Below are positions 16,980-25,851 of a stretch of 26,945 nt of DNA, piece by piece. This DNA comes from Candidatus Latescibacterota bacterium. Lineage in GTDB: Bacteria > Latescibacterota > UBA2968. The DNA lies in the NCBI GenBank assembly GCA_038279365.1, contig JAYODI010000071.1:1-26945 (forward strand). The letters are read 5' to 3'. The stretch's first letter is position 1, and every line of letters begins with the position of its first letter. The notes under the pieces were generated by a model, which saw only the letters and a program-made list of their open reading frames with translations, searched no databases and had not been told where the DNA came from. Both the position numbers and the translations under genes were made by a program.

Positions 16980-18752
16980 TCAATCGGCCGTTTCAATTTC
17001 GGCTGTTACCGAACCTGCAAATTGTTGCTCATACAACTGACGGTATTTGCCTTCAGGAATTTCAAGCAATGTTTGATGATTTCCCACTTCAACGATTTCA
17101 CCACGATCCATAACAACAATAATATCAGCATTTACGATTGTTGAAAGGCGATGTGCAATGGCGAAAGACGTGCGTCCTTCAAGCACATTGGCCATTGCTT
17201 TTTGAATAAGTGCCTCAGACAATGAATCCAGTGACGATGTCGCTTCATCCAATATCATAATGGCGGGGTCTGTTAAAACAGCACGCGCAATAGCCAACCG
17301 CTGTTTTTCACCAACTGACAATTTAATCCCTTCATCTCCCAACATCGTATCGTAGCCGTCGGCAGTACGCATGATAAATTCGTGTATTTCAGCCACTCGA
17401 GCAGCCTCAATCAATTCGGCATCCGTTGCCTGTGGGTTACCATACCGCAAATTTTCTCGAATACTGGTATTAAACATAACCGAGTCTTGTAACACTTGGC
17501 CTATTTGCATGCGCAAAGATCTTAACTTGACATCGCGAATATCATATCCATCAATCTTTATCGCACCATCTTTCACATCAAAATAACGCATCAATAAACT
17601 GGTTAGCGTGGTTTTGCCACATCCAGTATGCCCAACCAACGCAACCATCTGCCCTGGTTGCACCTCTAAATTGACCCCCCTTAAAACAGGTTCCCCAGCC
17701 TTGTATTCAAACCAAATATTTTCAAATTTTACATGGCCTTTTACTGGAGGAAGTGTAACGGCATTCTTTTTATCTTCAATATCGATTGGGAATTCCAACA
17801 CCTCTAAAATGCGCTCAACGGAGACCATCATCGTTTGTAACTGCATGGCCATTTGGGTAATGTTGAGCACGGGTTCAAACATGCGTTGGGCAAATGATAA
17901 AAATGCCATTACGGCACCATACGTCATCTCACCTGTAATAACAAAATAACACCCCAAACAAAAAATGACCGTATTCCTTAAACCCGATACGGCCCAAACT
18001 CCTGAGTTATATCCCGCTCGATAAACAGCCGTCACCATGGCCTGATCCAAGCTCTCATGGGTTTCTTCTGTAAAAGCGCGGTTTTCTTTTCGCTCTCGCC
18101 CATATGACTTCACCAACGCAACCCCGCTTAACCGTTCTTGCAACCCCACCGACACACGATCCATTTTGTTTCGCCAAGCACGCACAGATTCACGAATGGG
18201 ACCACGCCAACCAAAGTAATTGATCAAGTAGAGCGGAAGAAGCACAATTAAAAGCAGTCCCATTTTCCAGTTAAGTGCCAAACACATAAACATGGCCACC
18301 CAAAAGGTAATAAAATCAGTCACAATACCCAGCACCCGCATTGTAACCATACTCCGCACAGTAGCCACATCCCCCATTAAACGCGACATCACCTTTCCGG
18401 TACCCATTTCATCATAAAACCGCATGGGAAGTTTGAGCAAACGACCATAAAGTGTTTTGCGCAAATCCATAATCAAACGATGCGACACATAGGATATGGT
18501 AAACGTATTGCTCACACGCATCCCCGCCGACAAAATGGGTATGCTTATCGACAATACCAAAAGCACCTCTAACATACTCCAATTGCCACCGACGATAATT
18601 TCATCTACAATGTACTTCATAATTAATGGCGGAGTCATACCCAGCACCGTTAACAGCACAGTTACAACAAACCCACCAATCAACCGAGGCACATAAGGTT
18701 TCACAAAGGGCAAAAGTTTTTTTAAATTCTCAGCGTTGCTTTTTTCGGCCAT
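16980..18752 (-). CDS. ABC exporter TMD-NBD half-transporter, subunit with degenerate signature motif
   Basis: TM domain, GHTGCGKTT, signature LSVGEKQR, ILDEATSSLD and AHRLST. Alternative TTG start at 18758. Confidence 0.93.
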   Translation of the reverse strand: MAEKSNAENLKKLLPFVKPYVPRLIGGFVVTVLLTVLGMTPPLIMKYIVDEIIVGGNWSMLEVLLVLSISIPILSAGMRVSNTFTISYVSHRLIMDLRKTLYGRLLKLPMRFYDEMGTGKVMSRLMGDVATVRSMVTMRVLGIVTDFITFWVAMFMCLALNWKMGLLLIVLLPLYLINYFGWRGPIRESVRAWRNKMDRVSVGLQERLSGVALVKSYGRERKENRAFTEETHESLDQAMVTAVYRAGYNSGVWAVSGLRNTVIFCLGCYFVITGEMTYGAVMAFLSFAQRMFEPVLNITQMAMQLQTMMVSVERILEVLEFPIDIEDKKNAVTLPPVKGHVKFENIWFEYKAGEPVLRGVNLEVQPGQMVALVGHTGCGKTTLTSLLMRYFDVKDGAIKIDGYDIRDVKLRSLRMQIGQVLQDSVMFNTSIRENLRYGNPQATDAELIEAARVAEIHEFIMRTADGYDTMLGDEGIKLSVGEKQRLAIARAVLTDPAIMILDEATSSLDSLSEALIQKAMANVLEGRTSFAIAHRLSTIVNADIIVVMDRGEIVEVGNHQTLLEIPEGKYRQLYEQQFAGSVTAEIETAD

Positions 18753-18926
18753 ACCCAAAACATCTCCGTTTTATTTTTATGACATCTCCAACAAGATACA
18801 TACAAGTCCAATCTAAATCAAATTTCACCTGCAATGCCTTAGACATCTCAAATTTCACTTCATTCTCATTATAGAAACGTTATATTCTGCCCCAGCCCAT
18901 AGATTTTTTATTTATAGGATAAGTTT

Positions 18927-20228
18927 ATGACCGACAAACCATTTTCAGAAATGACCGTTTCCGAAATCAAGAAAAACCTGAGCATATCTCACACGAATGA
19001 AGCCACAATAAAGTTACTGGAAAGTGATCCCCGAACTGGGGTGCAAGTGTTGGCAAAACAAATCAGGCAAAGACAAAAAAACCAAGAAAAAGAAAAAGCC
19101 CGCTTAGAACAATTGTCCGAACTGGAAAATAAGTTCAGAGAACGGGGTTATGTTCATATCGCAGGAGTCGATGAAGCCGGTCGAGGACCATTAGCAGGTC
19201 CCGTAATCGCAGCAGCAGTTATATTTCCACCTGATACGCAGATTGATGGCCTCAACGATTCAAAAAAATTGTCAGAGCAAAAACGAGAATTGTTGTTTGA
19301 CCAGATCCAAAATATGGCCTTAACCATTGGAGTAGGAGAAGCAACACCACAAGAAATAGACAACCTCAACATACGCAATGCCACCCACTTGGCCATGCGT
19401 CGGGCACTCGATCATCTGTCTCCATCACCAGATCAGGTCTTAGTAGATGGCAATGCTTTACCCGAAAGCCGTTTTAAAGAATTGGCCATTATAGGTGGAG
19501 ACCGCAAATCCATATCCATATCGGCAGCATCTATCATTGCCAAAGTCACAAGAGACCGAATGATGATTCAATACGACACAAAATACCCAGAGTATGGCTT
19601 TGCTGGCCACAAAGGATATGGCAGTGCCGAGCACCTTAATGCACTTCAAAAACATGGCCCAACGCCCATTCATAGGCATTCATTTGCAGGTGTACCTCAA
19701 ACACCGACCACATTTACCGAAGATTTCGAAATCTTTGCCGAAGGGATTGCTTCAGCCCAAAACCTCGACCAATTAACAGCCATAGGTGATACCATTTCCT
19801 TGGCCTCAAAAGATCTCCCCCCCCACGAGATAGAACGCCTAAGAGAATATTATCGCACACACCGGATCAACCTGCAACGCCCAGGCCTTGAAGGTGAAAA
19901 ACTTGCCGCAGACTATTTATCTCAAAATGGGTTTACAATTTGTGAACTAAACTTTCGCACACTGGGTGGTGAAATTGATATCATTGCCCAAAAAGGCAAT
20001 GTGTTGTCATTTGTAGAGGTTAAAACCGCCACGCAAACCCAATTTGGAGATCCCAAAACCTGGGTTACACCTCAAAAGCAAAAACAACTTCACCGTCTTG
20101 CAAAAGCTTATTTAACCCAACGGAACACCCCCAATTTATGGCCGCGATTTGATGTCATCGCTGTCACCCTGTCTGCATCTGCACCACAAATAGAACACAT
20201 AGAAGGGGCTTTTTCAAAATTCCCTTAA
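18927..20228 (+). CDS. rnhB: Ribonuclease HII fused to a C-terminal YraN (UPF0102) domain
   Basis: RNase HII motifs: AGVDEAGRGPLAGPV, DSKKL, VLVDGN, SISAASIIAKVTRD, HKGYG and IHRHSF. These continue in frame into the YraN pattern G..GEKLAADYL...NFR...GEIDIIA...FVEVKT...RFDVIAV...IEHIEGAF. Confidence 0.93.
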   Translation: MTDKPFSEMTVSEIKKNLSISHTNEATIKLLESDPRTGVQVLAKQIRQRQKNQEKEKARLEQLSELENKFRERGYVHIAGVDEAGRGPLAGPVIAAAVIFPPDTQIDGLNDSKKLSEQKRELLFDQIQNMALTIGVGEATPQEIDNLNIRNATHLAMRRALDHLSPSPDQVLVDGNALPESRFKELAIIGGDRKSISISAASIIAKVTRDRMMIQYDTKYPEYGFAGHKGYGSAEHLNALQKHGPTPIHRHSFAGVPQTPTTFTEDFEIFAEGIASAQNLDQLTAIGDTISLASKDLPPHEIERLREYYRTHRINLQRPGLEGEKLAADYLSQNGFTICELNFRTLGGEIDIIAQKGNVLSFVEVKTATQTQFGDPKTWVTPQKQKQLHRLAKAYLTQRNTPNLWPRFDVIAVTLSASAPQIEHIEGAFSKFP

Positions 20229-20231
20229 ATC

Positions 20232-20260
20232 TTGACAAATAGAATACTTATCTTTATTTT
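20232..20260 (+). promoter_or_regulatory. Putative sigma70 promoter for hisS-aspS
   Basis: TTGACA (20232-20237), 17-nt spacer, TATTTT (20255-20260). Confidence 0.5.
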
Positions 20261-20318
20261 TTTTATTCTCTGACCTAAAAATCGATGTTTTTTTATTTTT
20301 CCCCAAATACCACCACTT

Positions 20319-21608
20319 ATGGCAAAACAAAATATCATTCCCGTTAAAGGCACGCGCGACTTTTACCCCGAAGATTGGGCTTACCAAAAATGGCTCAGCG
20401 ACCAATTTACTTCTGTTGGGCGGCTTTTCGGCTATCAAGAGTACGAAGCTCCCATACTTGAACACATCGAACTCTATTTGGGAAAAAGCAGCGAAGAAAT
20501 CGTCACGCAACAAACATTTACGCTCAACGATCGCGACGACAACCCATTGGTCTTGCGCCCAGAATTAACCCCCTCGTTGGCACGCATGGTTGCCCAAAAA
20601 GAAAACCAACTTACGTTCCCTATTCGTTGGCAATCTTATGGTCAATTTTTTCGATACGAAAAACCCCAAAGAGGGCGTGGACGCGCATTTTTCCAGTGGA
20701 ATGTGGATGCCTTAGGCAGCGAATGTTACCTTGCTGATGCCGAAATAATTACTGTTGCTTGCACCTTACTCAAGCAATTGGGACTCACCCCCCAACATGC
20801 AACCATAAAAATTAACGATCGTCTATCGCTCGAAAACTTACTCAAAACCACACTAAAACTCTCTCAAGAAGCCGTTCGACCTGTTTTTGCAGCCATAGAT
20901 CGCATGGACAAAATGGCACCTGAAAAATTTCGTGCCTACCTGAATACCGATCTCAAACTCAGTTTGGGGCAAATCGATGATCTTTATGGCCTCTTTGAAC
21001 AAACCGATCTTTCGTTTTCACCCTGGCTGAGCCAAATTTTTGAACACTTGGCTCATAATCAGGTTGAAGATTATGCCGAATTGGATTTACATATCGTACG
21101 CGGCTTTGACTACTACACCAGTACCGTTTTTGAGGCTTGGGCCAAAACATCTCTTCGACGCGCCTTATTTGGAGGTGGTCGTTATGACAATCTCACCATC
21201 CAAGTCGGTGGCAAACGCTCAGTGCCTGGTGTTGGTTTTGCCGTTGGTGATATGGCCATGACAGAATTACTCAAAGAGTTAGACTTATTTCCCAATCCAA
21301 GCAGTGTGGCCGCCCAAGTGTTGGTTACCATTTTCTCAGAAGAGCAATTAAAAACGTCGGCAGAGTTTGCCCGCACACTTCGAGAAAGTGGCATTGCAAC
21401 CGAATTTCAACTCTCACCAGACCAACGCTTAGACAAACAATTTAAGTATGCCGATCGCAAAGAAATTCCCTTTGCCATTGTGATCGGTCCAGAAGAAGAA
21501 CTAGCCAACACAGTTGTAATCAAAGACCTCAAAAACAGGGTGCAAATTACATTGCCCCAAACCAACCTACCCCAAATTATTGAAACCTTGAAGCGCGGTA
21601 TTTCTTAG
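20319..21608 (+). CDS. hisS: Histidine--tRNA ligase
   Basis: VKGTRDF, LRPELTPS, FRYEKPQRGR, VRGFDYYT, GGGRYD and GVGFAVG, plus a C-terminal anticodon-binding domain (KQFKYAD...IGPEE). Confidence 0.97.
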   Translation: MAKQNIIPVKGTRDFYPEDWAYQKWLSDQFTSVGRLFGYQEYEAPILEHIELYLGKSSEEIVTQQTFTLNDRDDNPLVLRPELTPSLARMVAQKENQLTFPIRWQSYGQFFRYEKPQRGRGRAFFQWNVDALGSECYLADAEIITVACTLLKQLGLTPQHATIKINDRLSLENLLKTTLKLSQEAVRPVFAAIDRMDKMAPEKFRAYLNTDLKLSLGQIDDLYGLFEQTDLSFSPWLSQIFEHLAHNQVEDYAELDLHIVRGFDYYTSTVFEAWAKTSLRRALFGGGRYDNLTIQVGGKRSVPGVGFAVGDMAMTELLKELDLFPNPSSVAAQVLVTIFSEEQLKTSAEFARTLRESGIATEFQLSPDQRLDKQFKYADRKEIPFAIVIGPEEELANTVVIKDLKNRVQITLPQTNLPQIIETLKRGIS

Positions 21609-21628
21609 AAACCGCAGGAGAACAAACA

Positions 21629-23404
21629 ATGGCTGAGTCGCTTGGCGACTGGAAACGCACACACAATTGTGGCCAACTGCGTATTGAAGACGTTGGCACC
21701 GACGTGATACTGATGGGTTGGGTGGCCAAACGTCGCGACCATGGCGGGGTGATTTTTGTAGACTTGCGAGACAGATGGGGTGTTACCCAAGTGGTATTTC
21801 GCCCCGACCTCAAGGCAGGAACCCATGCCATTGCCGAGAGTATTCGCAGTGAATTTGTCATTGCCATTAAGGGCAAAGTCGAACCCCGCCCCGATGGCAT
21901 GGCCAATCCGAACTTACCCACGGGCCAAATTGATATAGAATGCACAGACCTAAAACTTCTAAATGCAGCAGAAAACCCGCCATTTGCAATAGAATCGGAT
22001 GTTGACGTCAATGAAGAATTACGACTGCGCTATCGCTATCTTGATCTGCGTCGTCCTGACATGCAAAAATCTATCATTTTAAGACACAATGTAGCCCAAC
22101 ACGTTCGGCAATATCTCGTAAAACAAAACTTTCTCGAAATAGAAACCCCTTTCCTTATGAAAAGCACACCAGAAGGTGCACGCGACTATCTCGTCCCTTC
22201 TCGTGTGCATCCGGGTTCTTTTTATGCCCTTCCTCAATCGCCACAAACCTACAAGCAACTTCTCATGGTTGCGGGGTATGACCGCTATTTCCAAATCGTA
22301 CGTTGTTTTAGAGACGAAGATTTGCGAGGGGATCGCCAACCCGAATTCACACAAATTGATATCGAAATGTCTTTTGTCGATGAAAATGATGTGATGGGGC
22401 TTGCTGAAGGGTTGGCAAGGCACGTTTTTAAAAACGCCATTGATGTGGATTTGGCAGACCCGATACCACGCATTACCTACCAAGAAGCAATGGACAAATA
22501 TGGCACAGATCGCCCAGATACGCGCTTCGGATTTGAAATTGTCGATATCACACAAGCTGCGCAGGCATCAGAGTTTCAGGTATTTAAAAATGTTTTAGAA
22601 AGTGGCGGTTCGGTACGGGCCATCAACGCAACGGGTTGTGGACATTTTTCACGCAAACAAATAGACGACCTAGCCGCATATGTTGCCCAATTTGGAGCCA
22701 AAGGTTTGGCTTGGATCAAGGTAACAGATCAAGGATTTGAATCATCTATCGTTAAATTTTTCCCCGAACAGGCTCAAAACCTACTGCGTGAATCACTTCA
22801 GGCCAAACCAGGTGACCTTCTGCTGTTTGTCGCAGATCGTCCATCGGTGGTCACGCTATCATTAAGCAACCTTAGAGTCGAGTTGGCAAGACAACAAAAC
22901 CTTCTCAATCCCAAAAATTACAGCATGTTATGGGTGACAAAATTCCCATTGCTCGAATATGACGATGCCGAAAAAAGATTTGTGGCTTGCCACCACCCAT
23001 TCACCTCGCCATTGCCAGAAGATATGGACCAACTCGACTCCGATCCTGCCAATGTTCGGGCACGTGCATACGATTTGGTACTCAATGGCAATGAGATTGC
23101 CGGTGGGAGCATCAGAATTCATCAAAAAGAAGTACAACAACGGATGTTTTCCCTTTTGGGCATATCTGCTGAAGAAGCAGATGAAAAATTTGGATTTCTC
23201 TTAAATGCCTTCAAATATGGAGCACCTCCCCACGGGGGAATAGCATTTGGATACGATCGGTTAATCGCACTATTGGCAGGAAAAGACTTTATCAGAGATG
23301 TCATTGCATTTCCAAAGACAAATGCCGCCGCATCGCTTATGGACAATGCCCCATCTGAGGTAGATTCGGCCCAATTAAGAGAACTGGGCCTTCGAATTCT
23401 TTAG
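21629..23404 (+). CDS. aspS: Aspartate--tRNA ligase (probably the non-discriminating Asp/Asn type)
   Basis: RTHNCG, RRDHGGVIFVDLRD, LRYRYLDLRR, TPEGARDYLVPSR, ALPQSPQ, CFRDEDLRGDRQPEFTQ, GAPPHGG and VIAFPKT. RBS AGGAG. Confidence 0.98.
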   Translation: MAESLGDWKRTHNCGQLRIEDVGTDVILMGWVAKRRDHGGVIFVDLRDRWGVTQVVFRPDLKAGTHAIAESIRSEFVIAIKGKVEPRPDGMANPNLPTGQIDIECTDLKLLNAAENPPFAIESDVDVNEELRLRYRYLDLRRPDMQKSIILRHNVAQHVRQYLVKQNFLEIETPFLMKSTPEGARDYLVPSRVHPGSFYALPQSPQTYKQLLMVAGYDRYFQIVRCFRDEDLRGDRQPEFTQIDIEMSFVDENDVMGLAEGLARHVFKNAIDVDLADPIPRITYQEAMDKYGTDRPDTRFGFEIVDITQAAQASEFQVFKNVLESGGSVRAINATGCGHFSRKQIDDLAAYVAQFGAKGLAWIKVTDQGFESSIVKFFPEQAQNLLRESLQAKPGDLLLFVADRPSVVTLSLSNLRVELARQQNLLNPKNYSMLWVTKFPLLEYDDAEKRFVACHHPFTSPLPEDMDQLDSDPANVRARAYDLVLNGNEIAGGSIRIHQKEVQQRMFSLLGISAEEADEKFGFLLNAFKYGAPPHGGIAFGYDRLIALLAGKDFIRDVIAFPKTNAAASLMDNAPSEVDSAQLRELGLRIL

Positions 23405-23450
23405 TGTTTAGACACGCATAGACTTTTCAATACCTTATTGTAATTTTTTC

Positions 23451-23479
23451 TTGACTTTACATCCATTATGTAGTAATTT
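23451..23479 (+). promoter_or_regulatory. Putative sigma70 promoter for the lipoprotein-LysM pair
   Basis: TTGACT (23451-23456), 17-nt spacer, TAATTT (23474-23479), with an AT-rich upstream region. Confidence 0.5.
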
Positions 23480-23581
23480 CTCCACGACGTAATTTAATCC
23501 AGAACTTTGATGTAAGCTATTTTAAAAACTTCCATTTACAGCAAATCCATCCCCATAATGCCCCAATGAGACTTTTGGGTT

Positions 23582-23857
23582 ATGAGAAAATGCAGACTGC
23601 TGAGAAGTATTGCTTCCTGCGGACTGACGCTTGCTTTTTTGTCTCTTCCACTTTTAAGTGGTTGTACAACAATGGCGTCTGATAAAGATTTACAGACACT
23701 TGAAGAGGCACGTAAACAAGCAGAATCAGCAGAGGCTGAACTCGGTGCTTGTAAACAACGACGAGCAGAACTCGAACGACAACTGGCCCAAAAGAAACAA
23801 GAACTGGCAAATTGGCAAAATATTAAAAGTTCTGTAGAAAAGTCACTGGGACAGTAG
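23582..23857 (+). CDS. Small coiled-coil lipoprotein (Lpp-like architecture)
   Basis: Basic N-terminus, hydrophobic core and a canonical lipobox LSG-C. The ~64-aa mature part is a continuous E/K/Q/A-rich heptad helix. Confidence 0.85.
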   Translation: MRKCRLLRSIASCGLTLAFLSLPLLSGCTTMASDKDLQTLEEARKQAESAEAELGACKQRRAELERQLAQKKQELANWQNIKSSVEKSLGQ

Positions 23858-23887
23858 AACAAAAACGGTGTGAAAGGAGTTGTCCGG

Positions 23888-24733
23888 ATGAAAGGCTTTA
23901 AACGTTTCGGGTTCCTTCTCGTCTGCTGTGCCATCACCCTTTTGGTTTTGCCAACCCAAGGGTACGCTCAGACGACGGGCATGACCTATGATGAATACAA
24001 AGTTAAACTTGCAGAGTATGGTACACGTCAAGCAGATGCCAAAAAGGCGTTGCTTGAATGCAAAACGGCTGCCGATGCGTTGGCGCAACAGATCTCTGAA
24101 CTTGACGCACAAATTGCCGCTTTGAAAACAGGTGTTTATGAGTTGGTTGGCACCGATGAAAACGGACTGAATGACTTCCTCCAAGAATTAGACCGTATTG
24201 AAGCACGACTCATGGGCATTCGTGGTCTCGCAGATGACGCACTCTTTGATGTGCGAGACGAAGTAGATCAAATTGAAGCACGTGTAGAAGAATTAAAAGC
24301 AGAAAAACGGGCACTGTTCCCAGCCGCCACTCTCAAACTGGCCAGCATAGATAAGCTCTTAGAACAAATAAAGGCCCGCATGCCTCGCAAAAGAATTCGT
24401 CAATACTCCGTTATGAAAGGCGACAGTCTTTGGCGAATTGCGAAAAATGACGACATTTATGGCGACCCCTATTTGTGGCCCAGAATTTATGTCGAAAACC
24501 GCAACAAGATTAAAGACCCCGATCTGATTTACCCCAATTGGGTATTAAACGTTCCTTTTGGTGTCGACCTGAACCAACACCTAGTGATGCGTGGCGAAAA
24601 CCTTTCTACAATAGCTGGCAAGGTTTACAAAGACATCACCAAATGGAATCGAATTTATCAGGCCAACAAAGAACAAATACTTGATCCAAGCTTGGTTTTC
24701 CCAGCTCAGGTTCTTAATATTCCAACAAATTAA
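23888..24733 (+). CDS. Secreted coiled-coil protein with two C-terminal LysM peptidoglycan-binding domains
   Basis: ATG follows AAGGAG. Sec signal ends GYA|Q, then a long helical region. LysM1 is YSVMKGDSLWRIA...IYVENRNKIKDPDLIYPNWVLNVP and LysM2 is HLVMRGENLSTIA...IYQANKEQILDPSLVFPAQVLNIP. Confidence 0.92.
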   Translation: MKGFKRFGFLLVCCAITLLVLPTQGYAQTTGMTYDEYKVKLAEYGTRQADAKKALLECKTAADALAQQISELDAQIAALKTGVYELVGTDENGLNDFLQELDRIEARLMGIRGLADDALFDVRDEVDQIEARVEELKAEKRALFPAATLKLASIDKLLEQIKARMPRKRIRQYSVMKGDSLWRIAKNDDIYGDPYLWPRIYVENRNKIKDPDLIYPNWVLNVPFGVDLNQHLVMRGENLSTIAGKVYKDITKWNRIYQANKEQILDPSLVFPAQVLNIPTN

Positions 24734-24808
24734 CCTGTTTCGACATTCAAAGTTTGTTGGAGGTTGGATTTTCCAAAATTTATGGAAGATTCATCATTAA
24801 AAATAAAC

Positions 24809-24850
24809 AAAACCCTCGTTCTCGCCGTTTGCGCCTGAACGAGGGTTTTT
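24809..24850 (+). terminator. Intrinsic terminator after the lipoprotein-LysM pair
   Basis: 13-bp inverted repeat aaaaccctcgttc (24809-24821) / gaacgagggtttt (24837-24849), followed by a T-rich tail. Confidence 0.75.
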
Positions 24851-24867
24851 CTGTTTGGAAAAATTTA

Positions 24868-25851
24868 TTGGATACCAAAATACTCAGTCATAGACTATCA
24901 ATCACGGGCGTTGATCCCCTTTCGCTTTATGGCCATAATGATGCCAATTTATTGGCATTAGAAAGTCGATATGGCGTCCGATTAACAGCTCGAGGTGATC
25001 ATTTAAACGTTCATGGCCCCACCCACAAGGTTCAACATGTGTCAGGTCTCCTTGAAGAAATGATTTCCTGCCTAAAACGTGGTGACCAGCTCGATCCCTT
25101 ACATTTATTGGCCACCCAACCAGAAACTGCGACGGCTGATTTATCTGAATTTTCACAAACCATTTTATCTACCCCACAAATTATAATTCGACCGCGCTCC
25201 CAAACACAAATAACCTATGCCAATGCCATAAAAGAACATGACATCGTATTTGGCATTGGCCCTGCAGGAACAGGGAAAACCTATCTTGCTGTAGCAGCTG
25301 CTGTAAATGCTTTGCGTCGCAAACAAGTTTCTCGTATCATCCTAACGCGACCAGCTGTAGAAGCTGGTGAATCTTTGGGGTTTCTTCCGGGTGATATTCA
25401 AGAAAAAGTAGATCCCTATTTGCGCCCGCTCTATGATGCCCTCGACGATATGCTACCCGATTCCCAATTGCGACATTTGATCGAAATGCGTACTCTTGAA
25501 ATAGCGCCTCTTGCTTTTATGAGAGGACGCACGCTAAACAATGCATTTGTTATTTTAGATGAAGCCCAAAATACCACAGTAAATCAGATGAAAATGTTTT
25601 TAACTCGCTTGGGTAATAATGCGCAAGCCGTGATAACGGGAGACATCACACAAACGGATCTTCCTTCGGGAACACTATCTGGCTTGGTGCATGTTCAACA
25701 TATATTATCTCATATCGAAGCCATTGGTTTTGTTCATTTCACAGAACATGATGTCGTTCGCCATCCATTGGTGCAAAAAATCATCAATGCCTATGAACAA
25801 CACAACCAACAAACTTCGCATGCAAATGCAGACAATAGGGATAAAGCTTGA
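24868..25851 (+). CDS. phoH: PhoH family ATPase (YbeZ-like, with N-terminal KH-like region)
   Basis: LYGHNDANL...ARG, FGIGPAGTGKTYLA, LTRPAVEAGESLGFLPGD, APLAFMRGRTL, ILDEAQN, KMFLTRLG and DVVRHPLV. The likely start is TTG at 24868, because the ORF-track start at 24754 would run through the terminator. Confidence 0.93.
   Translation: MDTKILSHRLSITGVDPLSLYGHNDANLLALESRYGVRLTARGDHLNVHGPTHKVQHVSGLLEEMISCLKRGDQLDPLHLLATQPETATADLSEFSQTILSTPQIIIRPRSQTQITYANAIKEHDIVFGIGPAGTGKTYLAVAAAVNALRRKQVSRIILTRPAVEAGESLGFLPGDIQEKVDPYLRPLYDALDDMLPDSQLRHLIEMRTLEIAPLAFMRGRTLNNAFVILDEAQNTTVNQMKMFLTRLGNNAQAVITGDITQTDLPSGTLSGLVHVQHILSHIEAIGFVHFTEHDVVRHPLVQKIINAYEQHNQQTSHANADNRDKA

Noticed and set aside
21577-23346. 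Antisense ORFs over aspS (e.g. 21577-22011, 22079-22555)
   Set aside because: Expected by-products of codon usage in a conserved gene. They are fragmented and show no protein-family features.
24754-24867. N-terminal extension of PhoH in the ORF track
   Set aside because: It runs through an intrinsic terminator hairpin and does not resemble PhoH. TTG at 24868 fits better.
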